Of a DNA stretch of 64,000 nucleotides, positions 9,894 to 18,675 are shown piece by piece. The notes beneath the pieces are model-generated. The model did not search any database. It was not told where the DNA came from and was given only the letters and a program-made list of their open reading frames with translations. Source of the DNA: an uncultured Gemmatimonadota bacterium. Its GTDB lineage: Bacteria > Gemmatimonadota > CAZMKB01. Every line of letters begins with the position of its first letter. The first letter of the stretch is position 1. The translations under genes and the position numbers were made by a program. The DNA is taken from assembly GCA_964654825.1 (NCBI GenBank), contig CAZZKG010000008.1, positions 2,567-66,566 on the forward strand, read 5' to 3'.

Positions 9894-10408
9894 TCCTCTG
9901 CCAGGTTCTCAGCTTTGACCTTTTTCCATTGGTTGAGGAGGATCTCCCGCTTCAGCGAACTGACCCGGTCTATGAAAAGTATCCCATCGAGATGGTCGAT
10001 TTCGTGCTGAACGGCACGGGAGAGAAGACCATCAGTTTCTAACTCGAGGTACTGCCCGTTCGCATCGAGCCCCTTCACCCGTACCCATGCCCACCGTTTT
10101 ACTCTGTCTCTCAGCTCCGGGATGCTCAGACAGCCTTCCTCCTCTACCACTTCGCCCTCATGTTGTGTAATGACGGGATTGACGAGAGCGATTCTCTGTT
10201 CACCGTAGGCGTCCATGTCTCCATCCAGAACGATCACCCTCTTCGATTCACCAACCTGGGGAGCTGCAAGACCGACTCCCCCTCCGCCATACATCGTGTC
10301 GAACATGTCCTCGATCAGGTTCCTGATAGATTCGTCGACCGATTCGACCTCTGACGCTTTTTGTTTGAGAACCTGGTCTCCGAGGATCCGTATCTTCCTG
10401 AATGCCAT
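9890..10408 (-). CDS. def: Peptide deformylase
   Basis: GVGLAAPQVG, EGCLSIP, QHEIDHLDG. Confidence 0.98.
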   Translation of the reverse strand: MAFRKIRILGDQVLKQKASEVESVDESIRNLIEDMFDTMYGGGGVGLAAPQVGESKRVIVLDGDMDAYGEQRIALVNPVITQHEGEVVEEEGCLSIPELRDRVKRWAWVRVKGLDANGQYLELETDGLLSRAVQHEIDHLDGILFIDRVSSLKREILLNQWKKVKAENLAEE

Positions 10409-10438
10409 GATTACACCATACTTCTTTCGCGAGGCCCG

Positions 10439-10774
10439 CTACTTCCTGGCAGGCTGCGTCGAAAGCCGTGCCACCTTTGACCTCTCGATGGTAAGCGTTG
10501 TCTTATCATCAACCTTGAGCTTGAGCTTGTCATCCTGGATAGAGGTAATCTTTCCAAAGACGCCGCCAGCGGTCACTATTTCATCTCCCTGCCGCAGGGA
10601 ATCCACCATCTGCCGGTGTCGACCCTGCTCCTTTTGCTGGGGCCGGATCAGAAGAAAGTAGATAATTGCCACCATTGCCAGGATCGGCAGGAGTGATACC
10701 AGGGGGTTGCCCGACGAACCCTGCCCGCCGGCCATAGCCATCAACGTAGGGAAACCTGGGAACATAGAGTTCAT
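10439..10774 (-). CDS. yajC: Preprotein translocase subunit YajC
   Basis: TM helix followed by YFLLIRPQQK, and GDEIVTAGGVFG. Confidence 0.96.
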   Translation of the reverse strand: MNSMFPGFPTLMAMAGGQGSSGNPLVSLLPILAMVAIIYFLLIRPQQKEQGRHRQMVDSLRQGDEIVTAGGVFGKITSIQDDKLKLKVDDKTTLTIERSKVARLSTQPARK

Positions 10775-10801
10775 CCTTTCGTTTGAACTACCCGGGGAAC
10801 A

Positions 10802-11947
10802 TCAGATCTTCCTCTTCTTCTCACGTGAATCTTTGTAGAAAGTATAGAACTTTGCCGCAAGTTTTTCAAGGCTGGAGATACGAATGGCCTCCCGTACCTC
10901 CTCCATGAAATGCGCGAAAAAGTGGATATTGTGAATGGTCGTGAGCCTCACTCCGAGTATTTCACCGACGTTGTGGAGGTACCTGACATAGGCCCGGGAG
11001 AAATTCGTGCACGTGTAACACGTGCAGCCTTCCTCGATGGGCTCCTCCTGCTTTGCAAATTCGCTGTTTCGCATCTGGAGACGTCCCCCGGCGGTGAACA
11101 CCGTCCCGTTTCGACCGAGCCTCGTGGGAACAACACAGTCAAAGAGATCCGCTCCGGCCGAGACAGCTTCAATGATGTCCGTGGGATACCCGATACCCAT
11201 CACGTATCTCGGCTTGTGGTCGGGAAGCTCAGAAATCGACTTGATCATCATGTCGAGCATGGCATCTTTCGGCTCTCCGACCGAGAGCCCTCCGACGGCA
11301 TAACCGTCCATGTCGAGATCGATCATCTTTCCGGCCGATTCACTTCTCAGATCCGGATAGACGCTGCCCTGGGTGATACCGAAGAGAACCTGGCCGGGAT
11401 TGGTGATCTCTTCCTTCTCAAGACTTCGGAATACATCCCGCGAGGAAGACGCCCAGAGACAGGACCTTGTCACAGAGTCCGCCGCACGTTCCCTGGTACA
11501 GGGATACCCCGGACAGTCGTCGAGGACCATTGCGATGTCCGATCCGAGAGCCGCCTGGATTTCAACCACCTTCCGCGGTGTGAACAGGTGACGGGAGCCG
11601 TCATAGTGAGATTGAAACGTGACGCCGTCTGCGTCGATCCTGTTGAGGTCCCGGAGACTGAATACCTGGTATCCGCCGCTGTCGGTGAGGATGGGACCCT
11701 CCCAGCCCATCAATTTGTGGAGTCCGCCGAAGTTGCGAATGAACTCGTGACCGGGTTTGAGGTAGAGATGATACGCATTGGAGAGTATGATCTGCGTGCC
11801 CGCTTCATGCAGCTCCCTGGGGGAGACGGCCTTCACCGTCCCCTGTGTCCCCACCGGCATGAATGCCGGTGTTTTTACCGTGCCGTGGCCGGTTACGAGT
11901 TTTCCCGTCCTCGCGCTGCCTGATTTTTCCACAATTTCAAACTTCAC
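10802..11947 (-). CDS. tgt: tRNA-guanine transglycosylase
   Basis: TPAFMPVGT, TDSGGYQVFSL, GGLSVGE, FDCVVPTR, CTCYTC...H Zn site. Confidence 0.98.
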   Translation of the reverse strand: MKFEIVEKSGSARTGKLVTGHGTVKTPAFMPVGTQGTVKAVSPRELHEAGTQIILSNAYHLYLKPGHEFIRNFGGLHKLMGWEGPILTDSGGYQVFSLRDLNRIDADGVTFQSHYDGSRHLFTPRKVVEIQAALGSDIAMVLDDCPGYPCTRERAADSVTRSCLWASSSRDVFRSLEKEEITNPGQVLFGITQGSVYPDLRSESAGKMIDLDMDGYAVGGLSVGEPKDAMLDMMIKSISELPDHKPRYVMGIGYPTDIIEAVSAGADLFDCVVPTRLGRNGTVFTAGGRLQMRNSEFAKQEEPIEEGCTCYTCTNFSRAYVRYLHNVGEILGVRLTTIHNIHFFAHFMEEVREAIRISSLEKLAAKFYTFYKDSREKKRKI

Positions 11948-11971
11948 ACGTCGAGTCCTCGACTCAGGTGA

Positions 11972-13000
11972 TCAGACAACAAGCATCGCATCCCCGTAGC
12001 TGTAGAAACGATACCCCTCTCTCACCGCCTCACGGTACGCTTCTTCGAGGAGCTCCGTTCCGGCGAAAGCTGCTGTGAGGACCAGGGTCGTGGACCTCGG
12101 CAGGTGGAAATTGGTGAGAAGGACATCGACATTTTTAAACTCATGCGGTGGGTGGATAAATATATTCGTCCACCCGCTCCCTGCGGAAAGGGGAGCCCCG
12201 CCGAGTGTTTCGAGGGTCCGCACGACGGTCGTCCCCACCGCGATGACTCTCCCCCCGCGGGCCCGTGATTCGTTGAGGACACCGGCAGCCTCTTCACCCA
12301 CCCGGTAGAATTCGGCTTCCATCTCATGCTGTTCCACTTTTTCCCCTCTCATGGGCCGGAAAGTCCCGGGGCCCACGTGGAGACATATTCTGGTCAGAGA
12401 CACACATTTCCCCTCGATTTCCCCGAGAATCTCTTCTGTGAAATGAAGTCCCGCCGTCGGCGCGGCGACGGCTCCCGGACATGAGGCATACACGGTCTGG
12501 TAGCGGGAACGGTCGGCATGTCCCGGCTCTCTCTTGATGTAGGGCGGCAGCGGCACTTTGCCGTAACGTTCCATCACCTCCCACGGATCAAGTTTCCCGA
12601 AGTCGACCACTTTCCTGCCGCCGGCGAGCTCCCTGTTTATCAGGACGTGATCTCCACCACCGCCACCGAGGCAACAGATCTCACCGGTCCCGGCTCTCTT
12701 CGACGGCCGTGCCATCGCCTCCCACAGAGAACCCTCGAGCGGCCTCACCAGGAGAAGCTCGAGTTCCCTGCCGGAGGACGTCGAGGTAATGAGACGGGCA
12801 TGCACGACTTTCGTCTCGTTTACCACGAGACAGTCTCCTGATCCCAGAAAACCTACCAGGTCGGGAAACGTCCGATGGGTAATTGTGCCGGCCGACCGAT
12901 CGATGACGAGGAGTCTCGAAGTCCCTCTCTTTTCGGGGGGCTCCTGGGCAATTTTCTCAGCAGGGAGATCGTACTCGTAGGTATCACTGAAAAAATTCAT
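11972..13000 (-). CDS. queA: S-adenosylmethionine:tRNA ribosyltransferase-isomerase
   Basis: YDLPAEKIAQEP, VPLPPYI, YQTVYA, AAPTAGLHF, TNFHLPRST, YRFYSYGDAM. Confidence 0.98.
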   Translation of the reverse strand: MNFFSDTYEYDLPAEKIAQEPPEKRGTSRLLVIDRSAGTITHRTFPDLVGFLGSGDCLVVNETKVVHARLITSTSSGRELELLLVRPLEGSLWEAMARPSKRAGTGEICCLGGGGGDHVLINRELAGGRKVVDFGKLDPWEVMERYGKVPLPPYIKREPGHADRSRYQTVYASCPGAVAAPTAGLHFTEEILGEIEGKCVSLTRICLHVGPGTFRPMRGEKVEQHEMEAEFYRVGEEAAGVLNESRARGGRVIAVGTTVVRTLETLGGAPLSAGSGWTNIFIHPPHEFKNVDVLLTNFHLPRSTTLVLTAAFAGTELLEEAYREAVREGYRFYSYGDAMLVV

Positions 13001-13040
13001 GCCGGGTGAACCTGTCTCTCTGTCATGATGAAACCAGCCT

Positions 13041-13124
13041 CTACCACTTCAGGAATGGGTTGAGAATGATGGTGAGGAGTACGCTGAGGAAAATACGAAT
13101 GATGCTGGAAGAGTGGACACAATG
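13041..13124 (-). pseudogene. Probable C-terminal remnant of DUF2905-family small membrane protein
   Basis: Frame reads ...SSIIRIFLSVLLTIILNPFLKW* with no ATG/GTG/TTG start. It lies between ruvB and queA, where DUF2905 genes commonly sit. Confidence 0.4.
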
Positions 13125-14156
13125 TCAGGTTTCACTCCCGAAGAGATCGTCCTGAACGGCCCCCCGCACCGAAATGCCCAGGTGTTCGTAGACTTTTCTC
13201 GTTGCTCTTCTTCCCCGCGGTGTTCTCTGCAGAAACCCGCGCTGGATGAGGAACGGTTCATACACCTCTTCGATTGTATCCCCCTCCTCACCAACGGCGA
13301 CAGCCAGGGTGCCGATCCCGACCGGGCCACCGTCGAATTTCTCGATGAGGGTCCTGAGAATGCGTATGTCCATCCCATCGAGCCCCTCTTCATCCACTTC
13401 CAGCATTCGGAGCGCCATTTCGGCAACATCTTTGTCGATAATCCCCCTGGCTTTGACCTGGGCGAAGTCCCTGACCCTCTTCAGGAGACGGTTCGCCACC
13501 CGGGGAGTCCCTCTCGCACGTTTTGCTATCTCCACCGCTCCGGGGGCATCAATCCCGATACCGAGTATCTCCGCCGATCTCCTCACCACCTCGATGAGCT
13601 CATCTTCATTATAGTAATTGAGCCTGGCGACAACTCCGAACCTCGCTCGCAACGGAGACGTAAGCAACCCGGCTCTCGTCGTCGCCCCCACGAGGGTAAA
13701 CCGGTTGAGGTTCAGCTTCACCGAGCGGGCGTGCGGACCCTTGTCGATTAGGATGTCCAGTGTGAAATCCTCCATTGCCGGATATAGGTATTCCTCGACC
13801 GTCCTGCTCAACCGGTGGACCTCATCGATGAAGAGGATGTCACCCTGTTTGAGATTGGTGAGGATGCCTGCAAGGTCACCCGCTCTCTCGAGTACCGGCC
13901 CCGAGCTCTTCCTGATGTCGACACCGAGTTCCCTGGACAGGAGATGAGCAAGCGTGGTTTTCCCGAGCCCGGGAGGTCCGTAGAAGAGGCAGTGGTCGAG
14001 CACTTCACCTCTCTTTTTCGCTGCTTCGATAAAAACCTCGAGGTTCTCCTTCACCTTCTCCTGGCCGATGAACTCATCGAAGCTCCGGGGCCTGAGAGAC
14101 AGGTCAAGCTCCCGTTCTTCTTCGAATGGTTTCGGATCCGTCACTTTCTTCTTCAT
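13125..14156 (-). CDS. ruvB: Holliday junction branch migration helicase RuvB
   Basis: [45 protein letters not shown]. Confidence 0.98.
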   Translation of the reverse strand: MKKKVTDPKPFEEERELDLSLRPRSFDEFIGQEKVKENLEVFIEAAKKRGEVLDHCLFYGPPGLGKTTLAHLLSRELGVDIRKSSGPVLERAGDLAGILTNLKQGDILFIDEVHRLSRTVEEYLYPAMEDFTLDILIDKGPHARSVKLNLNRFTLVGATTRAGLLTSPLRARFGVVARLNYYNEDELIEVVRRSAEILGIGIDAPGAVEIAKRARGTPRVANRLLKRVRDFAQVKARGIIDKDVAEMALRMLEVDEEGLDGMDIRILRTLIEKFDGGPVGIGTLAVAVGEEGDTIEEVYEPFLIQRGFLQRTPRGRRATRKVYEHLGISVRGAVQDDLFGSET

Positions 14157-14755
14157 CTCGAACTCATTTCATTCACTCTCATGAGCGCCCTCTTGATGAG
14201 ATCCTCGGTGTCGAGGTTTCTCCCGTCATGCTCGATCACTCCGAGTACCGCTCTCCTCGCCTGGGCAGGGTAGTATCCGAGTGCGATGAGAGCCTTTATA
14301 GCTTCCTCTTCGACGAGCCTCAGAGGCTGGTCCCCGGACCCGGCGGGTACGGCATGAGGCAGCTTCCCGGCGAGCTCGATCACAAGTCTCTGAGCGGTCT
14401 TCTTGCCGACTCCGGAAACCGTCGAGAGGACTTCCACTTCTTTCCTCTCGATCGCCTCACTGAGTCTCTGATATGAGATAGAAGAAAGAATGGTGAGAGC
14501 GAGCCTCGGACCGATACCGGAGACCCCGAGGAGGGACTCGAATGTTTCCCTCTCTTCCTCACTCATAAATCCGAACAGCTCGAGATGATCTTCCCGCACA
14601 TGAAGATAGGTGAGGAGCCTGACCCGCTGCCCTTCCTCACCGATGTCCTCGAATATGCTCGAGGGGATGTTTACCCTGTATCCGACACCACCGCACATGA
14701 TCAGGACGAGATGGGGTTCTTTTTTTACGAGGTTGCCTTCGACCATCCCGATCAT
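14153..14755 (-). CDS. ruvA: Holliday junction DNA-binding protein RuvA
   Basis: GVGY, HVRED, HhH motifs VSGIGPRLA and [10 protein letters not shown]-terminal ALIALGY. Confidence 0.97.
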   Translation of the reverse strand: MIGMVEGNLVKKEPHLVLIMCGGVGYRVNIPSSIFEDIGEEGQRVRLLTYLHVREDHLELFGFMSEEERETFESLLGVSGIGPRLALTILSSISYQRLSEAIERKEVEVLSTVSGVGKKTAQRLVIELAGKLPHAVPAGSGDQPLRLVEEEAIKALIALGYYPAQARRAVLGVIEHDGRNLDTEDLIKRALMRVNEMSSR

Positions 14756-15231
14756 ACGGAAGCAGCCTTCCTTCCCATATGGCAGAGAGCGACGGCTATA
14801 CCATCAGCCGCATCCAGGCTCTGGAGCTCTCCTCCGATCGAGGTGGTCGCGATGACCATGGCTCGTACCTGCTCCTTTGATGCCGATCCCCTCCCTACAA
14901 CCGACATCTTAACTTCCCTGGGGGCATACTCGGCTATAGGGATACCACACGAGGCGCCGGCGAGAAGAATTACACCCCGTACCTGAGCGATCACCGTGAG
15001 TGATTTCACATTGACACTGTAAAAGAGATCCTCCACGGCGACTGCATCGGGTGAGAAACGCTCGATGACATCGATCAACACTTTATAAATTTCGTGAAGT
15101 CTAGCAGGCAGGGGCTCCCCGGGATCCAGAGTGATCACACCACTGGTGAGAACCTCGGGACGCGCAGCACTATCTTCCACCAGCCCGTAGCCGGTTGCAA
15201 GACTACCGGGATCGATACCAAGAATCTTCAC
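14752..15231 (-). CDS. ruvC: Crossover junction endodeoxyribonuclease RuvC
   Basis: ILGIDPG, AVEDLF, VGRGSASKEQV, DAADGIAVALCH. Confidence 0.97.
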   Translation of the reverse strand: MKILGIDPGSLATGYGLVEDSAARPEVLTSGVITLDPGEPLPARLHEIYKVLIDVIERFSPDAVAVEDLFYSVNVKSLTVIAQVRGVILLAGASCGIPIAEYAPREVKMSVVGRGSASKEQVRAMVIATTSIGGELQSLDAADGIAVALCHMGRKAASV

Positions 15232-15252
15232 CGCCGACCCTTTCGCACTCTT

Positions 15253-15999
15253 TCAGCTCAAGCTATCCAGGAGTTCTTCATCCATATCGAAGTTGGAGGC
15301 AACCTTCTGAACATCATCGTGCTCCTCGAGGCTCTCCACGAGTTTAAGGACCTTCTCGGCGTCCTTTCCTTCGACCTTTACATAGTTGCTGGGAATCATC
15401 GCCACTTCAGCGCTCTCCACTTCGATACCCTTTTTGATGATGCAATCCTTTACTCTCTCGAGCTCCCCCACCTCAGTGGTAACCGTATAATGGCCCTCCT
15501 CCGAGGAAAAATCCTCTGCACCGCATTCGAGCACGGTATCCAGGATAACATCCTCGCTGTATCTCCCGCCATCGATGTAAATCTGGCCCTTCTGAGTGAA
15601 CATCCACGCCACACAGCCGCTGGAACCGATGTTCCCTCCGTGTTTCGTGAAGATATGCCGCACCTCGGCGATGGTCCTGTTTTTGTTGTCGGTGAGCACC
15701 TCGATAAAAATGGCCACTCCGCCCGGACCGTACCCCTCGTAGGTACCGCTCTCGTAGTGTGTACCGGGAAGCTCTCCGGTACCTTTCTTGATGGCACGCT
15801 GGATGTTGTCCTGGGGCATATTGTTGGATTTTGCACTATCCACAGCGGTTCTGAGTCGTGGATTGGAATCAAGATCCCCACCACCCTCTTTCGCAGCGAC
15901 CATGATCTCCTTGATGAGCTTGGTGAAAATGCGGCCGCGCTTGGCATCTTCCGCCGATTTTTTTCTTTTGATCGTGGACCACTTGGAATGACCGGACAT
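15253..15999 (-). CDS. yebC: YebC/PmpR-family protein
   Basis: MSGHSKWSTIKRKK, NPRLR, YEGYGPGG, TDNKNRT, DDVQKVASN. Confidence 0.97.
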   Translation of the reverse strand: MSGHSKWSTIKRKKSAEDAKRGRIFTKLIKEIMVAAKEGGGDLDSNPRLRTAVDSAKSNNMPQDNIQRAIKKGTGELPGTHYESGTYEGYGPGGVAIFIEVLTDNKNRTIAEVRHIFTKHGGNIGSSGCVAWMFTQKGQIYIDGGRYSEDVILDTVLECGAEDFSSEEGHYTVTTEVGELERVKDCIIKKGIEVESAEVAMIPSNYVKVEGKDAEKVLKLVESLEEHDDVQKVASNFDMDEELLDSLS

Positions 16000-16113
16000 C
16001 TGACGTCTCCTCGTATGACAAGCAGAAATTCACCCCGGATTATGAAAATATATCCCCGTCCCGGGAAAAAATCAACCTGCTCATCCAGACTGAAGCCCGG
16101 TGGATCAATGGTA

Positions 16114-16142
16114 TTGACACACATCTCCTGTTTGATTTTAAT
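16114..16142 (+). promoter_or_regulatory. Sigma-70-type promoter
   Basis: TTGACA (16114-16119), N17, TTTAAT (16137-16142). Confidence 0.65.
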
Positions 16143-16171
16143 AGGGATAGGGGTTAAACGAATCTCTGATC

Positions 16172-16591
16172 TTGAAACCGATGACGAAAGGAAGGACACG
16201 CGCTGCCGTGGTGAATCACCCCGAGCTCAGGAGCCCTCCTCCCAGGCTGAAGAAAAAAAGGTTCGACCACACGGAAAAGGCGAAAAAGCGCCGGGACAGG
16301 AAAAAGAAACAGACGAAAGCCTCCGTAAAAAGGAAACTCCTGAAGGACTTCCGGAATGCGCAACACCACCTGAACATCTATAACAGGGTAACTGCACGGG
16401 AAGCTCTGAGCTTTCACCTTGAAAAGGCTCTCGAGGCCCTGGACAGCTGTCTCGAAACTCGGCCGGGCAACCACATGCTGAGAGCACAGCGATCCATCTG
16501 CCGGGATGAACTCTGGGAGATCCGGCGGCTCGAAAAGGTGGACACAAAACGAACAATCGAGATCATTATCGATCCCGACTGGCACGGCTGA
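16172..16591 (+). CDS. Hypothetical basic protein
   Basis: 139-aa ORF behind a near-consensus promoter, with a K/R-rich segment and a helical C-terminus. No family recognised; start uncertain. Confidence 0.6.
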   Translation: MKPMTKGRTRAAVVNHPELRSPPPRLKKKRFDHTEKAKKRRDRKKKQTKASVKRKLLKDFRNAQHHLNIYNRVTAREALSFHLEKALEALDSCLETRPGNHMLRAQRSICRDELWEIRRLEKVDTKRTIEIIIDPDWHG

Positions 16592-16698
16592 CCGGGGGGG
16601 AGAAAACCAGCGGCAGCATTGAGATGCGTCGGCTCTGACTTATCTGTCACCCCCCCCCGTAGGCATGGGGGAAAGGCCTCCCCGGAAGGAATTTCGTC

Positions 16699-16714
16699 GG
16701 GCACTATTCTTGCT
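16699..16714 (+). promoter_or_regulatory. Sigma-54 (-24/-12) promoter candidate
   Basis: GGGCAC-TATTC-TTGCT (GG-N10-GC), 140 nt upstream of the PAS/GAF gene. Confidence 0.55.
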
Positions 16715-16853
16715 ATATATTGAGAGGGATGATTTTTCCCTCGTGGCATGGATACCGCAGGGCGAGTTGTCGGACTTCGTATGACGCGACACGTTTACCC
16801 GAACGGCAGGGAGACGTATCCTCGGTTTACGTCACTTCCCTGCGCAGACTGTT

Positions 16854-18509
16854 ATGAAGGATCAGAACAGGACTAGAGAAGAGCTCCTCCGCGAGTTGGG
16901 CAGGCTGAGAGGTGAATACGAATCGATAGAGGGACCCGTGTCGAAGCCCGGATCATCCGGAGACGGCCGGAACCCGGCCAGGAACTCGGGCGGTTCGAGT
17001 GAGATCCACACCCTCCTGGCCGCCATTGCGACCCGATTGATCGAATCGAAGCCGGAGGAGTTCGACGGCTGGACAAGGGAAACCCTCAGGGCAGTCGGGG
17101 AATTCACTGGTGCCCGGCGCTGTTTTGTCCTCCTCTTTCACGATCGGTCGAGAAGTGTGATAGAAGAAACTTTTGAGTGGTGTGTCGAAGGGACCGATCC
17201 GAGGATGCACAAACTCCGTGGGGTTGATGTCGAGGGCTTCCCATGGCTCATGCAGAAGCTGTCCCATCTCGAAATCCTGCAGGTATCTCAGATTTCGGAA
17301 TTCCCACCCGAAGCGGAAACGGAAAAGAACCTCGCCGGCTCGCTGGGAATACACTCTGGTGTTTTTCTCGCTCTGATGAGGAGTGGTGTCATCCAGGGTA
17401 TCCTCGGTCTCGCCGTCGATAAGGAAGACATCATCAGGTCCGGAGAGACGTTGACACTTCTCCACGCCGTCGGGAAAATCATCGTATCCAAACTGGAACG
17501 CCGGCGGGAGAGAGAAGCCCTGTCCCATAACAATACTCAGCTTCACGCACTGTTCACCTCTACCCCCATCCCCCTGTTCGTAATCGATCACCACAGACGG
17601 ATCCATCGGACCAACCGGGCCGCCCGGGCTTTCTGCGGACTCACCGAGGAGGAGATGTTGGGAAAGCGCATCGGGGGGGCGATGCACTGCGTGAACGACG
17701 CCTTAGGCATCGATGGTTGCGAATCGGCTCCGGCCTGTGAAGACTGCGTGCTTCGCAGAACCATCCTAGGCATTTTCGAAACAGGTGAAGAAATTCTCGG
17801 CCTCGAGACCGATCTGACGGTAGCGGGAAACGGCGGCAGCGAGACTCGGACGGTGCGGATCAACGCGTCTCTCTTCGATAAAACCGAGATACCGAGGGTT
17901 ATTGTCGGACTCGAGGACATCACCGAGCAGAAACGTACTGAGGCTGTAGTTTGGAAGGAGAGAGACATCGCACAGAAATACCTCGATGTCGTGAGAGTGA
18001 TACTAGTTGCCATCGACTCGCACCAGCAGGTGACACTCATCAACAGGATGGGCTGCGAGATCCTGGAATATGGTGAAGAAGAAATCATCGGGAAGAACTG
18101 GTTCGACTGCTTCCTCCCGGACACGATAAAGGCAGAAGTGAAAGATGTGTTCAAAAGATTGATGGCGGGGGAGGTCGATACCAGAGGAGTCAAATACTTC
18201 GAGAATCCCGTCAGGACAAAAAGCGGGCGTGAAGTGCTCATCAGATGGCACAATACAATCCTCCGGGATGAGGAGGGGAATATCACAGGGACTCTCAGTT
18301 CCGGAGAGGACTTCACCGAGCAAAAACGCGCCGAAGAGGAACTGCTGCGACAGCGGATCAGGTTCGAAAAACTGCTGGAGGAACGGACGGCCGAACTCAG
18401 AGTATCGAACGATAACCTGCTGACGGAGAAAGCTGAACGGAAACGGCTCGAGGAGAAGCTGGCCCGGGTCCTCTCCCGGACCACCGGCGGCGGGAACAGA
18501 AGTAAATAA
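16854..18509 (+). CDS. GAF-PAS-PAS sensor protein ending in a coiled coil, no output domain
   Basis: N-terminal RTREELLREL, GAF region (FEWCVEG...FPWLM), PAS motifs (TNRAARAFCG, INRMGCEILEY...IGKNWF), PAC ends (EDITEQKRTE, EDFTEQKRAE). Confidence 0.85.
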   Translation: MKDQNRTREELLRELGRLRGEYESIEGPVSKPGSSGDGRNPARNSGGSSEIHTLLAAIATRLIESKPEEFDGWTRETLRAVGEFTGARRCFVLLFHDRSRSVIEETFEWCVEGTDPRMHKLRGVDVEGFPWLMQKLSHLEILQVSQISEFPPEAETEKNLAGSLGIHSGVFLALMRSGVIQGILGLAVDKEDIIRSGETLTLLHAVGKIIVSKLERRREREALSHNNTQLHALFTSTPIPLFVIDHHRRIHRTNRAARAFCGLTEEEMLGKRIGGAMHCVNDALGIDGCESAPACEDCVLRRTILGIFETGEEILGLETDLTVAGNGGSETRTVRINASLFDKTEIPRVIVGLEDITEQKRTEAVVWKERDIAQKYLDVVRVILVAIDSHQQVTLINRMGCEILEYGEEEIIGKNWFDCFLPDTIKAEVKDVFKRLMAGEVDTRGVKYFENPVRTKSGREVLIRWHNTILRDEEGNITGTLSSGEDFTEQKRAEEELLRQRIRFEKLLEERTAELRVSNDNLLTEKAERKRLEEKLARVLSRTTGGGNRSK

Positions 18510-18587
18510 CTCATTGTCCTGCTATCAATTACACCCCTTCGACATGCCTCCTGCCACATAGCCCACATCACACTCATACCACACTGG

Positions 18588-18616
18588 TTGACAAAACCGG
18601 TTTCTTGTGATACAAT
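18588..18616 (+). promoter_or_regulatory. Sigma-70-type promoter with extended -10
   Basis: TTGACA (18588-18593), N17, TACAAT (18611-18616) preceded by TGn. Confidence 0.75.
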
Positions 18617-18675
18617 TTCCGGTAACATGATGTGAACACTGTCCTTCACCCACTTCACGCGAAGGAGGAACAGGG

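Noticed and set aside
13125-13127. Readthrough of the ruvB TGA into the hydrophobic in-frame tail
   Set aside because: RuvB is already full length and the TGA is not at a Cys-like catalytic position. A gene remnant explains the tail better.
15094-16383. 429-aa + strand ORF, and similar long overlapping ORFs (4917-5828, 10910-11923, 17588-18658, 19777-20916, 28993-30738)
   Set aside because: These are antisense to well-supported genes, with no motifs. Such shadows are expected in GC-rich coding DNA.
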